This document shows, piece after piece, positions 19,578 to 31,142 of a stretch of 64,000 bases of DNA. A program made the translations under genes and the position numbers. The DNA comes from Terriglobia bacterium (GTDB lineage: Bacteria; Acidobacteriota; Terriglobia; Bryobacterales; UBA6623). The notes below the pieces were generated by a model. That model did no database searches. It was not told the DNA's origin and worked only from the letters and a program-made list of their open reading frames with translations. The first letter of the stretch is position 1, and each line of letters opens with the position of its first letter. The stretch lies in assembly GCA_009841225.1 (NCBI GenBank), contig VXMF01000037.1:31875-95874 (forward strand), read 5' to 3'.

Positions 19578-20369
19578 GTGAGATCCGAACGATGCAACTC
19601 TGGGATCGGGGAAAATGCCCTTGGTGGAGAACCTAGTCAATACGAGCGACAGGACGCACCAAGCTTCGAGAAATCCGGCGAAGCGGACGGCTCCGACTCT
19701 TGCGGTGAGGCGACCAAACCGGTCAACGAATTGAATCACGAAGAGGAGTTCGAGAAGGCCTGGGCCGACCCACGCAACACCCGAGTCGAGCTGCCTCCGG
19801 TTGACATCAACCTAGTGCTCGCCAAGTACTACCGCACGAACGAACCGCTCACGTTCACGCGGACCATGCTTTGGGACATGGAGGTGAAAAAGGCGTATCG
19901 GCCCGACCTATATATCCCTTCCGTTGTGTTAGAAGGCAGTGCCCGCTATTGGCAGCAGCGGGCGGCGGCCAACGGAGCCGAGTCCTTCGTTCGATCCTCG
20001 CAGCAGCGCCTCTGGCTTGAGCCGCGAGAGCGCGGGTCGGTCCTAGAACAGGTCTTCCTCAACCCGGCGCAGCAGCGTGCCACTTTCATCGGAGCAGCGG
20101 AACTTCTCGATGAGGACGGGAACGCGCTTCGAGCCGGCAACAGACAGCCTCTCTTTCACGTTGAGCACTCGGTAGACGGAGACGAATCGCGCCCCCTGAA
20201 CCGGTGGCGGATCGTTTACCTAACGGGCAGGCCCGAGCAGAAGCTGATCGAGCGGTTCAATCTTGCAAGGCAGGTGTGGCTCCGTGAGTTCATCGAAATC
20301 TATATCCGACAGGACTTGGGGATCGATCTCACCCGGAGGCCATCTTCTGACGCGAAACCAGTGTGCTAG
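19578..20369 (+). CDS. Hypothetical protein, possibly AtaL/SRPBCC (START)-like; start probably about 19730
   Basis: FTRTMLWDMEVKKAYRPDLYIP resembles the AtaL/DUF1857 N-terminal LTR.QLW.GL..KA..P..F.P; N-terminal part of the ORF is low complexity. Confidence 0.45.
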   Translation: MRSERCNSGIGENALGGEPSQYERQDAPSFEKSGEADGSDSCGEATKPVNELNHEEEFEKAWADPRNTRVELPPVDINLVLAKYYRTNEPLTFTRTMLWDMEVKKAYRPDLYIPSVVLEGSARYWQQRAAANGAESFVRSSQQRLWLEPRERGSVLEQVFLNPAQQRATFIGAAELLDEDGNALRAGNRQPLFHVEHSVDGDESRPLNRWRIVYLTGRPEQKLIERFNLARQVWLREFIEIYIRQDLGIDLTRRPSSDAKPVC

Positions 20370-20524
20370 CGTTAGGAGCGAATTCACGGCCGAATCCAGC
20401 CCGGAAAGCACGAGCACAATACCGAAGCGTTGAAGTCTCTGGTCATTCCGTCGCACAACTATGCGATTCGAATGACCTTGAAGGGTCCAGAATCGTCGTG
20501 ACCGACAAGCCTGAGAGCGCTCAG

Positions 20525-21439
20525 ATGAAGATTCGGGACATTCGCCACGTCGGGCTGCTGTCGCCAGCGATCGCGGCCCACGCCAAGTTCTATCTCGAGG
20601 ATTGGGGGCTCCAATCGGCCGGAGAAGACCAACACGCACGATATTTCCGCGGATCGTCGGCCGAGCACCACATTCTAAGCCTGCATCCGGCTGACAGGCG
20701 CGGGCTCCACCACCTAGCCTTTAGCCTCGACGGACGCGCAGCGGTCGACGCGGCGGCAACCGAATTGGAGCGGCAGGGAACTGCGGTCGTGGCGCGGCCA
20801 AACGAACTGGACAGACCCGGTGGCGGATACGGACTACGGTTTCTGGACCCGGAGAACCGCTGCATCGAACTATCTGCCGGCGTGACCGAACACTCCAATG
20901 GCTGGTCGGCCAAGGGAGCCGGGCCCCGCCGGCTCTGCCACGTGGTCTTGAACACTGCGCGGTTCGATCAGGTTGTGAAGTTCTACACCGCCGTGCTTGG
21001 GTTCCGAGTCTCGGACTGGAATGAGAACCAGATGGCGTTCTTGCGATGCAGCCGGAAACATCACGTAATCGCCTTCAATCGCTTAGATCACGCGTCGGTC
21101 AACCATGTTGCGTACGTGATGGCGAACGTGGACGGCGTGATGAGGGGTCTGAGCAACCTTCGTGCCCGAGGCCAGGAACCCGACTGGGGACCTGGACGAC
21201 ATGGCCCGGGCAACAACATCTTCTGCTACTACAAGGATCCGGCCGGTTACGTGTCCGAGTTCTCCAGCGACATGGAGCACATCGAAGACGAAGCAGCGCA
21301 CGAACCCGCAGTCTGGAGACGCGTGCCGGAACAGATCGACCAATGGGGTACGGCCGGGCCGCCCAGCGACGATGTCCGGAAGGCAATGGCCGGCGACCCC
21401 GACCCGGGCTGGGACGTGAAGGACGTCCCTGCGGATTGA
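20525..21439 (+). CDS. VOC family extradiol (catechol 2,3-type) dioxygenase
   Basis: Two-domain VOC; HVVLN, FLRC...HH, NHVAY, GPGRHGPGNNIFCYYKDPAG..SE. Confidence 0.85.
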   Translation: MKIRDIRHVGLLSPAIAAHAKFYLEDWGLQSAGEDQHARYFRGSSAEHHILSLHPADRRGLHHLAFSLDGRAAVDAAATELERQGTAVVARPNELDRPGGGYGLRFLDPENRCIELSAGVTEHSNGWSAKGAGPRRLCHVVLNTARFDQVVKFYTAVLGFRVSDWNENQMAFLRCSRKHHVIAFNRLDHASVNHVAYVMANVDGVMRGLSNLRARGQEPDWGPGRHGPGNNIFCYYKDPAGYVSEFSSDMEHIEDEAAHEPAVWRRVPEQIDQWGTAGPPSDDVRKAMAGDPDPGWDVKDVPAD

Positions 21440-21464
21440 TCCTCGCCAGTGCCGAGGCTCTGGC

Positions 21465-22136
21465 TCAGTTCTCGGCAGGCGGCTGTTCCTCGGCCTCCTC
21501 GGCCTGTTCGGGTTCTTCGGGTTCTTCGGGCGCCTTCCAGCCGAGATCGACGTGGCAGTCTGGCAGGGCCTGACGCAGCTTCTCAGCTCCTTCCGGAGTC
21601 ACTTGCGTTTGCCACAAGTACAGGCTCTTCAGGTTCTTGAGCCCCTCCAAGTGAGCGAGTCCGGCGTCAGTCACGCCCGTCAGGTAGAGATTCAGATACG
21701 TCAGGCTCTCCAAGCCGGCAAGATGCTCCAAGCCCGCGTCAGACACCTTTGTCTTTTCTAGGTGAAGGCGCTTGAGCGCTGTCAGCCCGGCCAGGTGTAC
21801 GAGGCCCTCGTCAGTGACATCAGTCCCTCCCAGATGGAGCGACACCAAGCGTCCGAGGTCTTTCAGAATCCCGAGCTCGCCGTCCAAGGCGGGCGACTCC
21901 GGACCTTCGGAATCCGTGGCGTCGACCTGGCGAAGGCCGTCCTGGCTCCGTCCGAGGTGGAAGGCGATCTCCACCGCGGGATCGTCCGCGGCAACCCGCA
22001 TGACCCGCCCACCCAGCTCCTGGATCTTCTCCACTAGGGCGGGATCGGGCCCATCCTCTGAGCTGCCCTCTTGCTGGGCGGCTCCGTTCCAAGTCACTCC
22101 TAAGAGCAACAGAATCGCAATCGTGGCACTCCTCAC
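21465..22136 (-). CDS. Exported leucine-rich repeat protein
   Basis: Signal peptide; four 24-aa repeats such as VTDEGLVHLAGLTALKRLHLEKTK; RBS AAGGAGG. Confidence 0.85.
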   Translation of the reverse strand: MRSATIAILLLLGVTWNGAAQQEGSSEDGPDPALVEKIQELGGRVMRVAADDPAVEIAFHLGRSQDGLRQVDATDSEGPESPALDGELGILKDLGRLVSLHLGGTDVTDEGLVHLAGLTALKRLHLEKTKVSDAGLEHLAGLESLTYLNLYLTGVTDAGLAHLEGLKNLKSLYLWQTQVTPEGAEKLRQALPDCHVDLGWKAPEEPEEPEQAEEAEEQPPAEN

Positions 22137-22532
22137 GGGAACCTCCTTTGCTCAACCAAGATCGGATTGTTCGCTTGCAATGACTCTTCGGAGGATGCGC
22201 CGCCGTGTGCCGTAGGGCATTGACCGCACTCAGCCTCCGACTGTGTCCAGCACCGTCAACTCGACCGGCTGCCCCGGCGGGCGGCACCGACATCCTGCTG
22301 GAATGAGTGCCGGACCACCACCGCCCCGGAACACCAGGCAGAAGGAACGCGGCTGGAACTGCCGTCATTCTAATATCGTGATGCGGGCGTTGAAAACCTC
22401 AAGCGAGTTCCGGCCACGTCCCGAAACTCCGCGACGCACGGATCCCTCGAACTCTTGCATACCGGACATTGGTTCGGTCACGCGACCAAGGTCTTGCAGG
22501 CTCGGCCTTTACGCGGCCGGAAGGCCTGCGCC

Positions 22533-23951
22533 ATGCTATTGGGCATGCGACGGGCCTTGCTGGCAATCCTGATGTGCGGGGCCTGCTCCGGGCCCGATGC
22601 GAGTCTCGCCCCGGCCGGGGAGCCACAGCCGCCGAACTTCGTGGTCATCCTGGCGGACGATCTGGGATACGCCGATGTCGGGTTCCAAGGGCTGCGAGAC
22701 TTTGCAACACCTAACATCGATCGCCTTGCCGCCAGGGGCGTCCGCTTCACCAACGCCTACGTGAGCCACCCCTACTGCAGCCCGTCACGGGCCGGGCTGC
22801 TCACCGGGCGCTACCAGCACCGGTTCGGCCACGTCCACAATCCAAAATTCCGCGCCGGGGAAGGCCTGCCGCTGAGCGAGACGCTGCTGCCTCAAGCCCT
22901 CGCCGAGGCCGGCTACGTGAGCGGCATCGTCGGCAAGTGGCATCTGGGGGATGCGCCCCGATTCCACCCGTTGGAGCGCGGGTTCGACGAGTTCTTCGGC
23001 TTGCTTGGCGGCGGTCACGATTACTTCAAGTCGGCTGGCAGCGACGCTGGGGAGTACTTGATCCCGCTCGAAGCGCACGGCGAGCCGATCCCCGTGGAAG
23101 GCTACCTGACCGAACAGCTCACACAGGCGGCCGTCGACTTCGTCCGGCGCCATGCAGAAGATCCGTTCTTCCTGTACCTGGCCTACAACGCTCCCCACGG
23201 TCCCTTGCAGGCGCCGCCGGAGTTGCTGGACCGGGTCAGCTCTATCGGCGACCCGCGGCGCCAGACCTATGCCGCGATGGTGACTTCGCTGGATGACGGC
23301 GTGGGAGAGGTGCTCGCTCTGCTCGAGGATCTCGGGATCGGCGACAGCACGATGGTCTATTTCTTGAGCGACAATGGCGGCCCCACACCCGCCAATGCCT
23401 CCGACAATGCTCCGCTGCGGGCGACCAAGGGCACGGTCTACGAGGGCGGGGTACGCGTGCCCTTCGTGCTGGCCTGGCCCGGCCGGCTGCCGGCTGGGAG
23501 CATCTATGACGCGCCGGTCAGCGCGCTGGACATCTTTCCCACGGCCGTCGCGACGGCTGGGATCGAGGCGCCAAGAAACCTCGACGGCGTCAACCTAATG
23601 CCCTACCTGCTCGGCGCTGAGAGCGCACCGCCGCACGAGCAACTGTTCTGGCACTCCGACGAGGGCGGGCAATTCGCCACGCGCACCGCTGAGCACAAGC
23701 TGGTGCGCGTCCTCAACCGTGAACCTGAACTGTACGCAATTGGCGAAGATATCTCCGAGAGCAATCCGGTCAGCGAAGACGACGGCCTGATCCAGGAACT
23801 CTCCGGATCGCTAGAGTCGTGGCATGCCCCCCATCCGCCTCCAGCTTGGCCCGGTACGCGAGGCGAGCGTCCGGTGCATCCGAACACGGCCAAAGGCTTG
23901 GGCGCGGACCAAGCCGAGCTCGACGCCTGGATGGCGCGACGGGGCAAGTGA
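22533..23951 (+). CDS. Arylsulfatase-family sulfatase (possible lipoprotein)
   Basis: PNFVVILADDLG, CSPSRAGLLTGR formylglycine motif, GKWHLG, SDNGG. Confidence 0.93.
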   Translation: MLLGMRRALLAILMCGACSGPDASLAPAGEPQPPNFVVILADDLGYADVGFQGLRDFATPNIDRLAARGVRFTNAYVSHPYCSPSRAGLLTGRYQHRFGHVHNPKFRAGEGLPLSETLLPQALAEAGYVSGIVGKWHLGDAPRFHPLERGFDEFFGLLGGGHDYFKSAGSDAGEYLIPLEAHGEPIPVEGYLTEQLTQAAVDFVRRHAEDPFFLYLAYNAPHGPLQAPPELLDRVSSIGDPRRQTYAAMVTSLDDGVGEVLALLEDLGIGDSTMVYFLSDNGGPTPANASDNAPLRATKGTVYEGGVRVPFVLAWPGRLPAGSIYDAPVSALDIFPTAVATAGIEAPRNLDGVNLMPYLLGAESAPPHEQLFWHSDEGGQFATRTAEHKLVRVLNREPELYAIGEDISESNPVSEDDGLIQELSGSLESWHAPHPPPAWPGTRGERPVHPNTAKGLGADQAELDAWMARRGK

Positions 23952-24015
23952 CCGCTAATCACTCGTCCTGACCCGAGACGCTCGGACCTGAGCTGCCCGG
24001 GGATTCTCCACCGGT

Positions 24016-27000
24016 TCAGAACTGCACTCTGAGTCCCACCTGCGCGCGTCGAGTGTCACCCAGCCCGCTTCGCAACGACCCATCGAAGTTGAAGAGGAGC
24101 GAGCCAACCGCAGGATCGACGAAATTGTCCGCGTTAGTCAGGTTGAACACCTCGAAGACCGGCTCGAAGAAGGCGCGATCGCGGATCGAGAAACGCCTTG
24201 ACAGGCGCAGGTCCCATGTGAGGAAGTCGTTCTCGCGCCGCAGCGTATTGCGTCGCAGGATCGAGCCGTCCGCGCAGATCCTGTCCGACGGCTGCGCGGC
24301 CCTCGCCCCCGGATCTGAACATCGCTCGGACACAGGAGAGGGAGACAGGTAGCGGAAGATGTGGCTCAGCTGGATCCCCCAGCCGAGAGTGGTCAGAACG
24401 TATCCGCTGACTTGGTGGCGCCGATCCCGATCGGACCAGCCGAACTCTGGCTCGAGATTGCCGGCGTGGGCATAGCGAAACACGAACGGGTCGCGCTCGT
24501 TGTCGTCGTCGGAGCGATCGAAGGCCAGCGTGTAGTGCACCTCGAATGCCAACGGGCGCCCCCTGAGGTTGCCGCGCCCGCGCAGGCCGGCGACCAGGGC
24601 GTGGTAGCGAGATCGCGCGCTGCTCTCGGCGACGGTGAGCGTGTTGATGCCGCCTCCCGACGGATGCGTGCCGATGCCGAACGGTGTCCCGAACGCTGCA
24701 TCGTTGCGGTTGACGAAGCGGAACAAGTGGTCCGTGCGGGCGTGGATGTATCCCAAGTTGGCGGCAATCCCCTGCCCGAGGTCGCGCTCAAGGCCGACCT
24801 TAGAGGACCAGGTCCGAGGCAGCTCCAAGTCGCGGTCGGCGACGTGGATATCGGGCAGGAACGGGGCTGCCTCGGAGGCATCGAGCTGGCGGTCGATGGC
24901 GGGAACAGGACCGAGCCCTGATGCCGCGCTGCTGCGGAAGAGCGTTTGCTGAAACGCGCCGTTGGTGGAGCGGTGCTGGGCAAACACCAGCATCGGAATC
25001 CTTGCTACGTACGAACCGGCGTTGGCGCGCAGCACGGTTCGTCCGTCGCCAGAGAGGTCCCACGCCAGGCCGAGGCGCGGCTGGAGATTGTCGAGGTCGT
25101 CCGGAATCCGGCCGTCCGAGGGGAACCTGGGATCGTCGAGGTACGGCGCAAAGAACGCGTCGGTGGGTTCAATGAATACGTCCGGGTGCCACGTTCCGTC
25201 CCAGCGCAAGCCGAGATCCAACGTGACGCGCTTGTGCGGCTGCCACGAATCCTGCACGAACAGGCCCGTCTCGTGGACCGGGAACGACTGATGCCCGAGG
25301 CGCTCGGCGGGGACTCCGGAAACCGTCGCCGACTGCAGGTAGAGCAGGACGGGACCGCTGACCGCGGAGCCGGGCGGGCAAGCCCCGGCAGCACTGGCGG
25401 ATCCGTCGCTGCAGGTGACATAGCTATCGCCGTGCGTGACGAAGCCGACGAAGCCCGGGACCGAATCAAACACGTAGCGGCTGTTCGCGAATCCGACGAA
25501 CTGCTGCTCGACGGAAGTCCGGTTGTACTCCGCCCCGGCCTTTACGAGATGGCTCCCCGTTGCGAATGAGACGTTGTCAACCACCTGCAGGCGCGTGTCG
25601 AACGCCGGCTTGATCGGAAGGAAGAACGGCAGCCCGATACGGAATCCGTCCGCGAAGTCCATCGCGATGTCCGGAAACGGTCGCCCGCCAAGTTCGGCGA
25701 ACTGAGGCGGTCCCGGCAACCGAGCCCCGGGAATCAGCGGTCCCTGATACCAGCGCGGACGGTCTTCTCGCGCCACCTGCACGCGGAATTCGTTGGACAG
25801 GGCGTTGGTCAGCAGCGAGCGCAGACTTCCATTGACCGCGTGCGAGAGGTCTCCTTCGATTCCGTTTGCCGATGCGCCCCACGAATCGACGTCGAACGTC
25901 CCGTTCACTTGCTCCGACCAGGTGTAGTTGTACTTGACCGAGGCTTGGTGCCGATCATCGATATTGAGGTCCAGCTTGGCCAGCAGCGCTCGCGCGCTGT
26001 CGGTGCGGCGGATCGGCCCGAACTCCCCGTCGAACAGGCCCGGCCAGCGCCTCTGCAGGAAGTCCTCCAGCATCCGCAGGTTCTCGGGATTGGCAACGCG
26101 GCGGTTCGTCTGCTTGGTCTCGGCGCCTGCCTGCTGGTCATAGGCCAGGAAGTAGAAAACCCGGTCCCGCGCGACGGGACCGCCCAAGGTCGCGCCAACC
26201 TGATTCCGGTAGAACTCCGGCCGGCCGCCCCCGCGCATCGCGGGGAAGGGGGCGGCAATCTCATCCCACTGCCCGAAGTAGTGGGCCGTGCCGTTGACCT
26301 GGTTGGTCCCCGACTTGGTGATCACGTTGACGAAGCCTCCCGAGGAGCGGCCGAACTCTGCAGTGGCACCCTGATTGACCACCACCAGCTCCTCGATGGC
26401 GTCCTGATTGAACGTAAAAGCCGGCCGCTGGCCGCCGCGCTGCTCCCCGAAGAACGGGTTGTTGAAGTCCGCGCCGTCGACGATGAAGTTGTTGAAAATG
26501 CCCCGCTGGCCGCTGATATTCAGCTCGTCGCCGTCCGGCCCCTGCGAGATCGCCGTGCCCGGGGTAAGCAGGGTCATGTTCATGAAATTGCGGCCGTTGC
26601 TCGGCAGTCCGTAGACAACGTCCTCCCGCATCCGCTGCGAACTGGTCACGTCCGCAGTGTCAAGCGTGGCAGGCAGCTCACTGACCACCGTGACGGTCTC
26701 TGTCGTCACGAGCCGGAGGTCGACCGTCAGGTCGAGCGTTTCCCCGACCCGCAACGTGACTCCCTCGATGCGCTCGGTGCTGAATCCGTCGGTCGGGGCC
26801 GCTACGGTGAGATCGTAGGTGCCGGGCGGCAGCAGGGGCCGCACGAAAGTCCCGGAAGCGGAGGTTTCCACGCGGGTCAGCAGATCAGTCTCCCGGTGCT
26901 GCGCAGTGACGACGGCGCCGCGGAGCGGATCGCCCGCCGGATCGCGGACCGTGCCGCGAATGACCCCGGTCGTCGCTCCCGCCTGGGCCGCTAGCCGCGA

Positions 27001-27093
27001 CGCACCCAAGTGGAACAGCGCCGCTCCTAGCAACGCTAAGGCTAGCCCGCGGACGACACGGGAGCGGAGGCAGGAGGCGATGCCCGTCCGCAT
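24016..27093 (-). CDS. TonB-dependent receptor, Oar-like with carboxypeptidase-regulatory-like N-domain
   Basis: GVIRGTVRD, LPSNGRNF, AEFGRSSGG..NVITKSGTN, C-terminal QVGLRVQF; start set at ATG 27093. Confidence 0.92.
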   Translation of the reverse strand: MRTGIASCLRSRVVRGLALALLGAALFHLGASRLAAQAGATTGVIRGTVRDPAGDPLRGAVVTAQHRETDLLTRVETSASGTFVRPLLPPGTYDLTVAAPTDGFSTERIEGVTLRVGETLDLTVDLRLVTTETVTVVSELPATLDTADVTSSQRMREDVVYGLPSNGRNFMNMTLLTPGTAISQGPDGDELNISGQRGIFNNFIVDGADFNNPFFGEQRGGQRPAFTFNQDAIEELVVVNQGATAEFGRSSGGFVNVITKSGTNQVNGTAHYFGQWDEIAAPFPAMRGGGRPEFYRNQVGATLGGPVARDRVFYFLAYDQQAGAETKQTNRRVANPENLRMLEDFLQRRWPGLFDGEFGPIRRTDSARALLAKLDLNIDDRHQASVKYNYTWSEQVNGTFDVDSWGASANGIEGDLSHAVNGSLRSLLTNALSNEFRVQVAREDRPRWYQGPLIPGARLPGPPQFAELGGRPFPDIAMDFADGFRIGLPFFLPIKPAFDTRLQVVDNVSFATGSHLVKAGAEYNRTSVEQQFVGFANSRYVFDSVPGFVGFVTHGDSYVTCSDGSASAAGACPPGSAVSGPVLLYLQSATVSGVPAERLGHQSFPVHETGLFVQDSWQPHKRVTLDLGLRWDGTWHPDVFIEPTDAFFAPYLDDPRFPSDGRIPDDLDNLQPRLGLAWDLSGDGRTVLRANAGSYVARIPMLVFAQHRSTNGAFQQTLFRSSAASGLGPVPAIDRQLDASEAAPFLPDIHVADRDLELPRTWSSKVGLERDLGQGIAANLGYIHARTDHLFRFVNRNDAAFGTPFGIGTHPSGGGINTLTVAESSARSRYHALVAGLRGRGNLRGRPLAFEVHYTLAFDRSDDDNERDPFVFRYAHAGNLEPEFGWSDRDRRHQVSGYVLTTLGWGIQLSHIFRYLSPSPVSERCSDPGARAAQPSDRICADGSILRRNTLRRENDFLTWDLRLSRRFSIRDRAFFEPVFEVFNLTNADNFVDPAVGSLLFNFDGSLRSGLGDTRRAQVGLRVQF

Positions 27094-27177
27094 GCATCGG
27101 CCTCGCCGGGGGGACAAGGAGAGCCGGGGACCCGGAGGCCACTGTCTGAGACCCGCGGACACCGGATTCAAAGCGGA

Positions 27178-27275
27178 ATTATACACGTTGGCGTCCAAGA
27201 GCGTCCCGTCCAGCGCCATGCCATGGTGGGATGTCGCTTCGCCGCGTGATTCCCGATCGAGCAACTCGTTATACT
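27178..27275. promoter_or_regulatory. Divergent -10 elements for the TonB receptor (minus) and PSD1 gene (plus)
   Basis: TATAAT on the minus strand at 27178-27183; TATACT on the plus strand at 27270-27275. Confidence 0.45.
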
Positions 27276-27299
27276 GTCGCCGTAGGGGAACACGGCGGA

Positions 27300-29673
27300 A
27301 TGGGGCATCCCAGCCAGTTCGCCGACCGTCAGAGCAAGGGGCACATCGGCTCGTTCAAACTGTCGGCGGGCCGAATCGCGAGCTACGCATTCGGCACGGT
27401 CGTCTTGTCGTTGCCCTCGCTTCCGGCAACTGCACCTAACGACTTGGCCGAAGCGGCCACGTCCATCATCAAGACCCATTGCACGGCCTGCCACGGGCAG
27501 GCGCGCATGTCCGGGCTCGACCTTCGCAGCGCGGCAAGCGCGCTCGCGGGCGGCACGCGGGGGCCCGCCGTCATCGCTGGAGACGCCGCGACAAGCTTGT
27601 TGGTGCGTGCGGTGAGGGGAACTGCGGAGCTTTCCATGCCGCCCGGGGACTCTAAGCTGTCTGACCAACAGATTGATGCACTCGCGGATTGGATCAACGC
27701 CGGTGCTCCCTGGCCAGAAACGGACGCAGGAGACGAAACTCACACTTGGTGGTCGTTCAAGCGTCCCGTCCGTCCGGCGCTGCCGGATCTAGTCGGCGAT
27801 GACTGGGTGCGGAACCCGATCGACGCATTCGTGCTGGCCAAGCTGAACGAGCAGGGCCTGCGTCCGGCCGAGCCCGCTGCTCGCAGCGTCCTCGCCCGCC
27901 GCGCCTACTTTGACCTGCACGGCCTGCCACCGACCCCGGAAGCGGTTCGGGAGTTTGTCGAAGACCAGTCCCCGGACGCCTACGAGAAGTTGATCGACCG
28001 GCTGCTGGAGTCGGAGCGCTACGGGGAGCGCTGGGGCCGCTACTGGCTCGATCTGGTGCGCTACGCAGACACGTCCGGGTTCGAGACAGACCACTTCTAC
28101 ACCACTGCATGGCGCTACCGGGATTACGTGATCGAGTCCTTCAATCGCGACAAGCCCTTTACCACGTTCGTGCGCGAGCAGATCGCCGCCGACGAGCTGT
28201 GGCCGACCGACATGGACTTGGAAGGAACGCTCGAACTGCCGGAGGAGAAGCGCCGAAACGTCCACCGCCGGATCGGCACCAGCTTGTTCACGCTGGGAGC
28301 CTTTCCCGTCGAATACACCTACTACGGGGACTTGTACCGCGCCGAGTGGCGCGCCGAGGCCATCGATGCGATCGGGTCTGCGTTTCTCGGACTTACCCTA
28401 GAATGCGCCCGCTGCCACGACCACAAGTCCGATCCGATCAGCCAGCGGGAGTATTACGGCCTAACGGCGTTCTTCGCAGGGAGCGCGGAAACGCAAGTCC
28501 CGCTGGTCAGCTTGTTCGACTTGCAGACAAACACACGCGCGTTCCCGCTGCTCGAGCAGGCTCGTGTTCTCAAGCGCATGGCCAAGGCGACCCAGAGGGA
28601 CTTGAGCCCTCAGCAGCGCAACGAGATGCTGCAGCGCCTCGGCGAGGCCTACCTGAACGCTCCGGAACCCTACGCGAGCGCCAAGGTCCTGGGCCACGAG
28701 GAAACCGTGCCCGAAACCTACGTGCTGGCTCACGGGGATTTCCGGCAGCAAGGCGAATTGGTGAAGCCCGGCTTCCCCGCGGCCTTGCCAGATGGCCCGC
28801 CGCTCGACGAGCCGGAGGGAGTCCGGTTCGTGCCGCGCCGCCGTGCCGCCCTCGCCGAGTGGCTGACCTCGGATCAGCAGCCGCTGCTGGGTCGCGTGAT
28901 GGTGAACCGGATGTGGCAACACCACTTCGGGCGGGGCTTGGTGCGCACTCCCAACGAGTTCGGCCGCCACGGCGAGGCCCCGACCCATCCGGAGTTGCTG
29001 GACTGGCTCGCGCTGGAGTTCGAGGGCAGCGACTGGAGCATCAAGGCGATGCACCGCCAGATAATGCTCTCCAGCACGTACCGCTCGGCCAGCGTGGCGA
29101 GCGAGCGGAGCATCGCCCGGGACCCGGACAACCGCTTGCTGGGGCGCATGAACAGGCGCCGACTGGATGCGGACGCCATCCGCGATTCGATCCTCGCGGT
29201 CGCCGGGACCCTGAACCTGAAGATGGGCGGTGTGGGCGTGATCCCGCCCCTTACCAGCGAGGAAATCCTGGCTGCGCGCACGCCGCGCATGTGGCCTGCC
29301 AACCCCGACCCGTCCGAGCACGTCCGCCGGAGCGTCTACCTGCAGGTCAAGCGCTCCATGGCCGTTCCCATGCTGCAGATCTTTGACGCGCCCGACACTG
29401 CGCGCAGCTGCGCCCGCCGGGAGACCTCGACGGTCGCCCCGCAGGCGCTGGCCATGATGAACAGCTCATTCGTGCTGGAGCAGGCCGACCATTTCGCGGC
29501 CCGGCTGCGAGACCTAGGCGGGGACGAGCTCGGCAGCCAGGTCGACGCAGGCTGGGCCCTTGCCTTGGGCCGGGGTCCCACGGATGCCGAGCGCCAGACC
29601 GCCCTCGACTTCCTCGAGCGGAACTCGCTGCCGCAACTGTGCCTGATGCTGTTCAATATGAACGAGTTCGTGT

Positions 29674-29684
<11 letters not shown>
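27300..29684 (+). CDS. PSD1 / planctomycete cytochrome c domain protein (DUF1549/DUF1553)
   Basis: CTACH and CARCHDHK heme motifs, NPIDAFV, YGERWGRYWLD, PTHPELLDWLA, RR..STVAPQAL. Confidence 0.92.
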
Positions 29685-31101
<1,417 letters not shown>

Positions 31102-31142
31102 CCAAGTCTGGTAAGCTTGCGTCCGCAGCGCAGGTCTCGCCA

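Noticed and set aside
21480-21535. Short tandem 9-nt repeats (TTCTTCGGG and similar)
   Set aside because: They encode the acidic PEEPEEPEQAEEAEE tail of the LRR protein; not a CRISPR or regulatory array.
22137-22372. Possible long leader or riboswitch upstream of the LRR gene (minus-strand TAGAAT about 22367-22372)
   Set aside because: I could not recognise any known aptamer core or terminator; an Infernal search would be needed.
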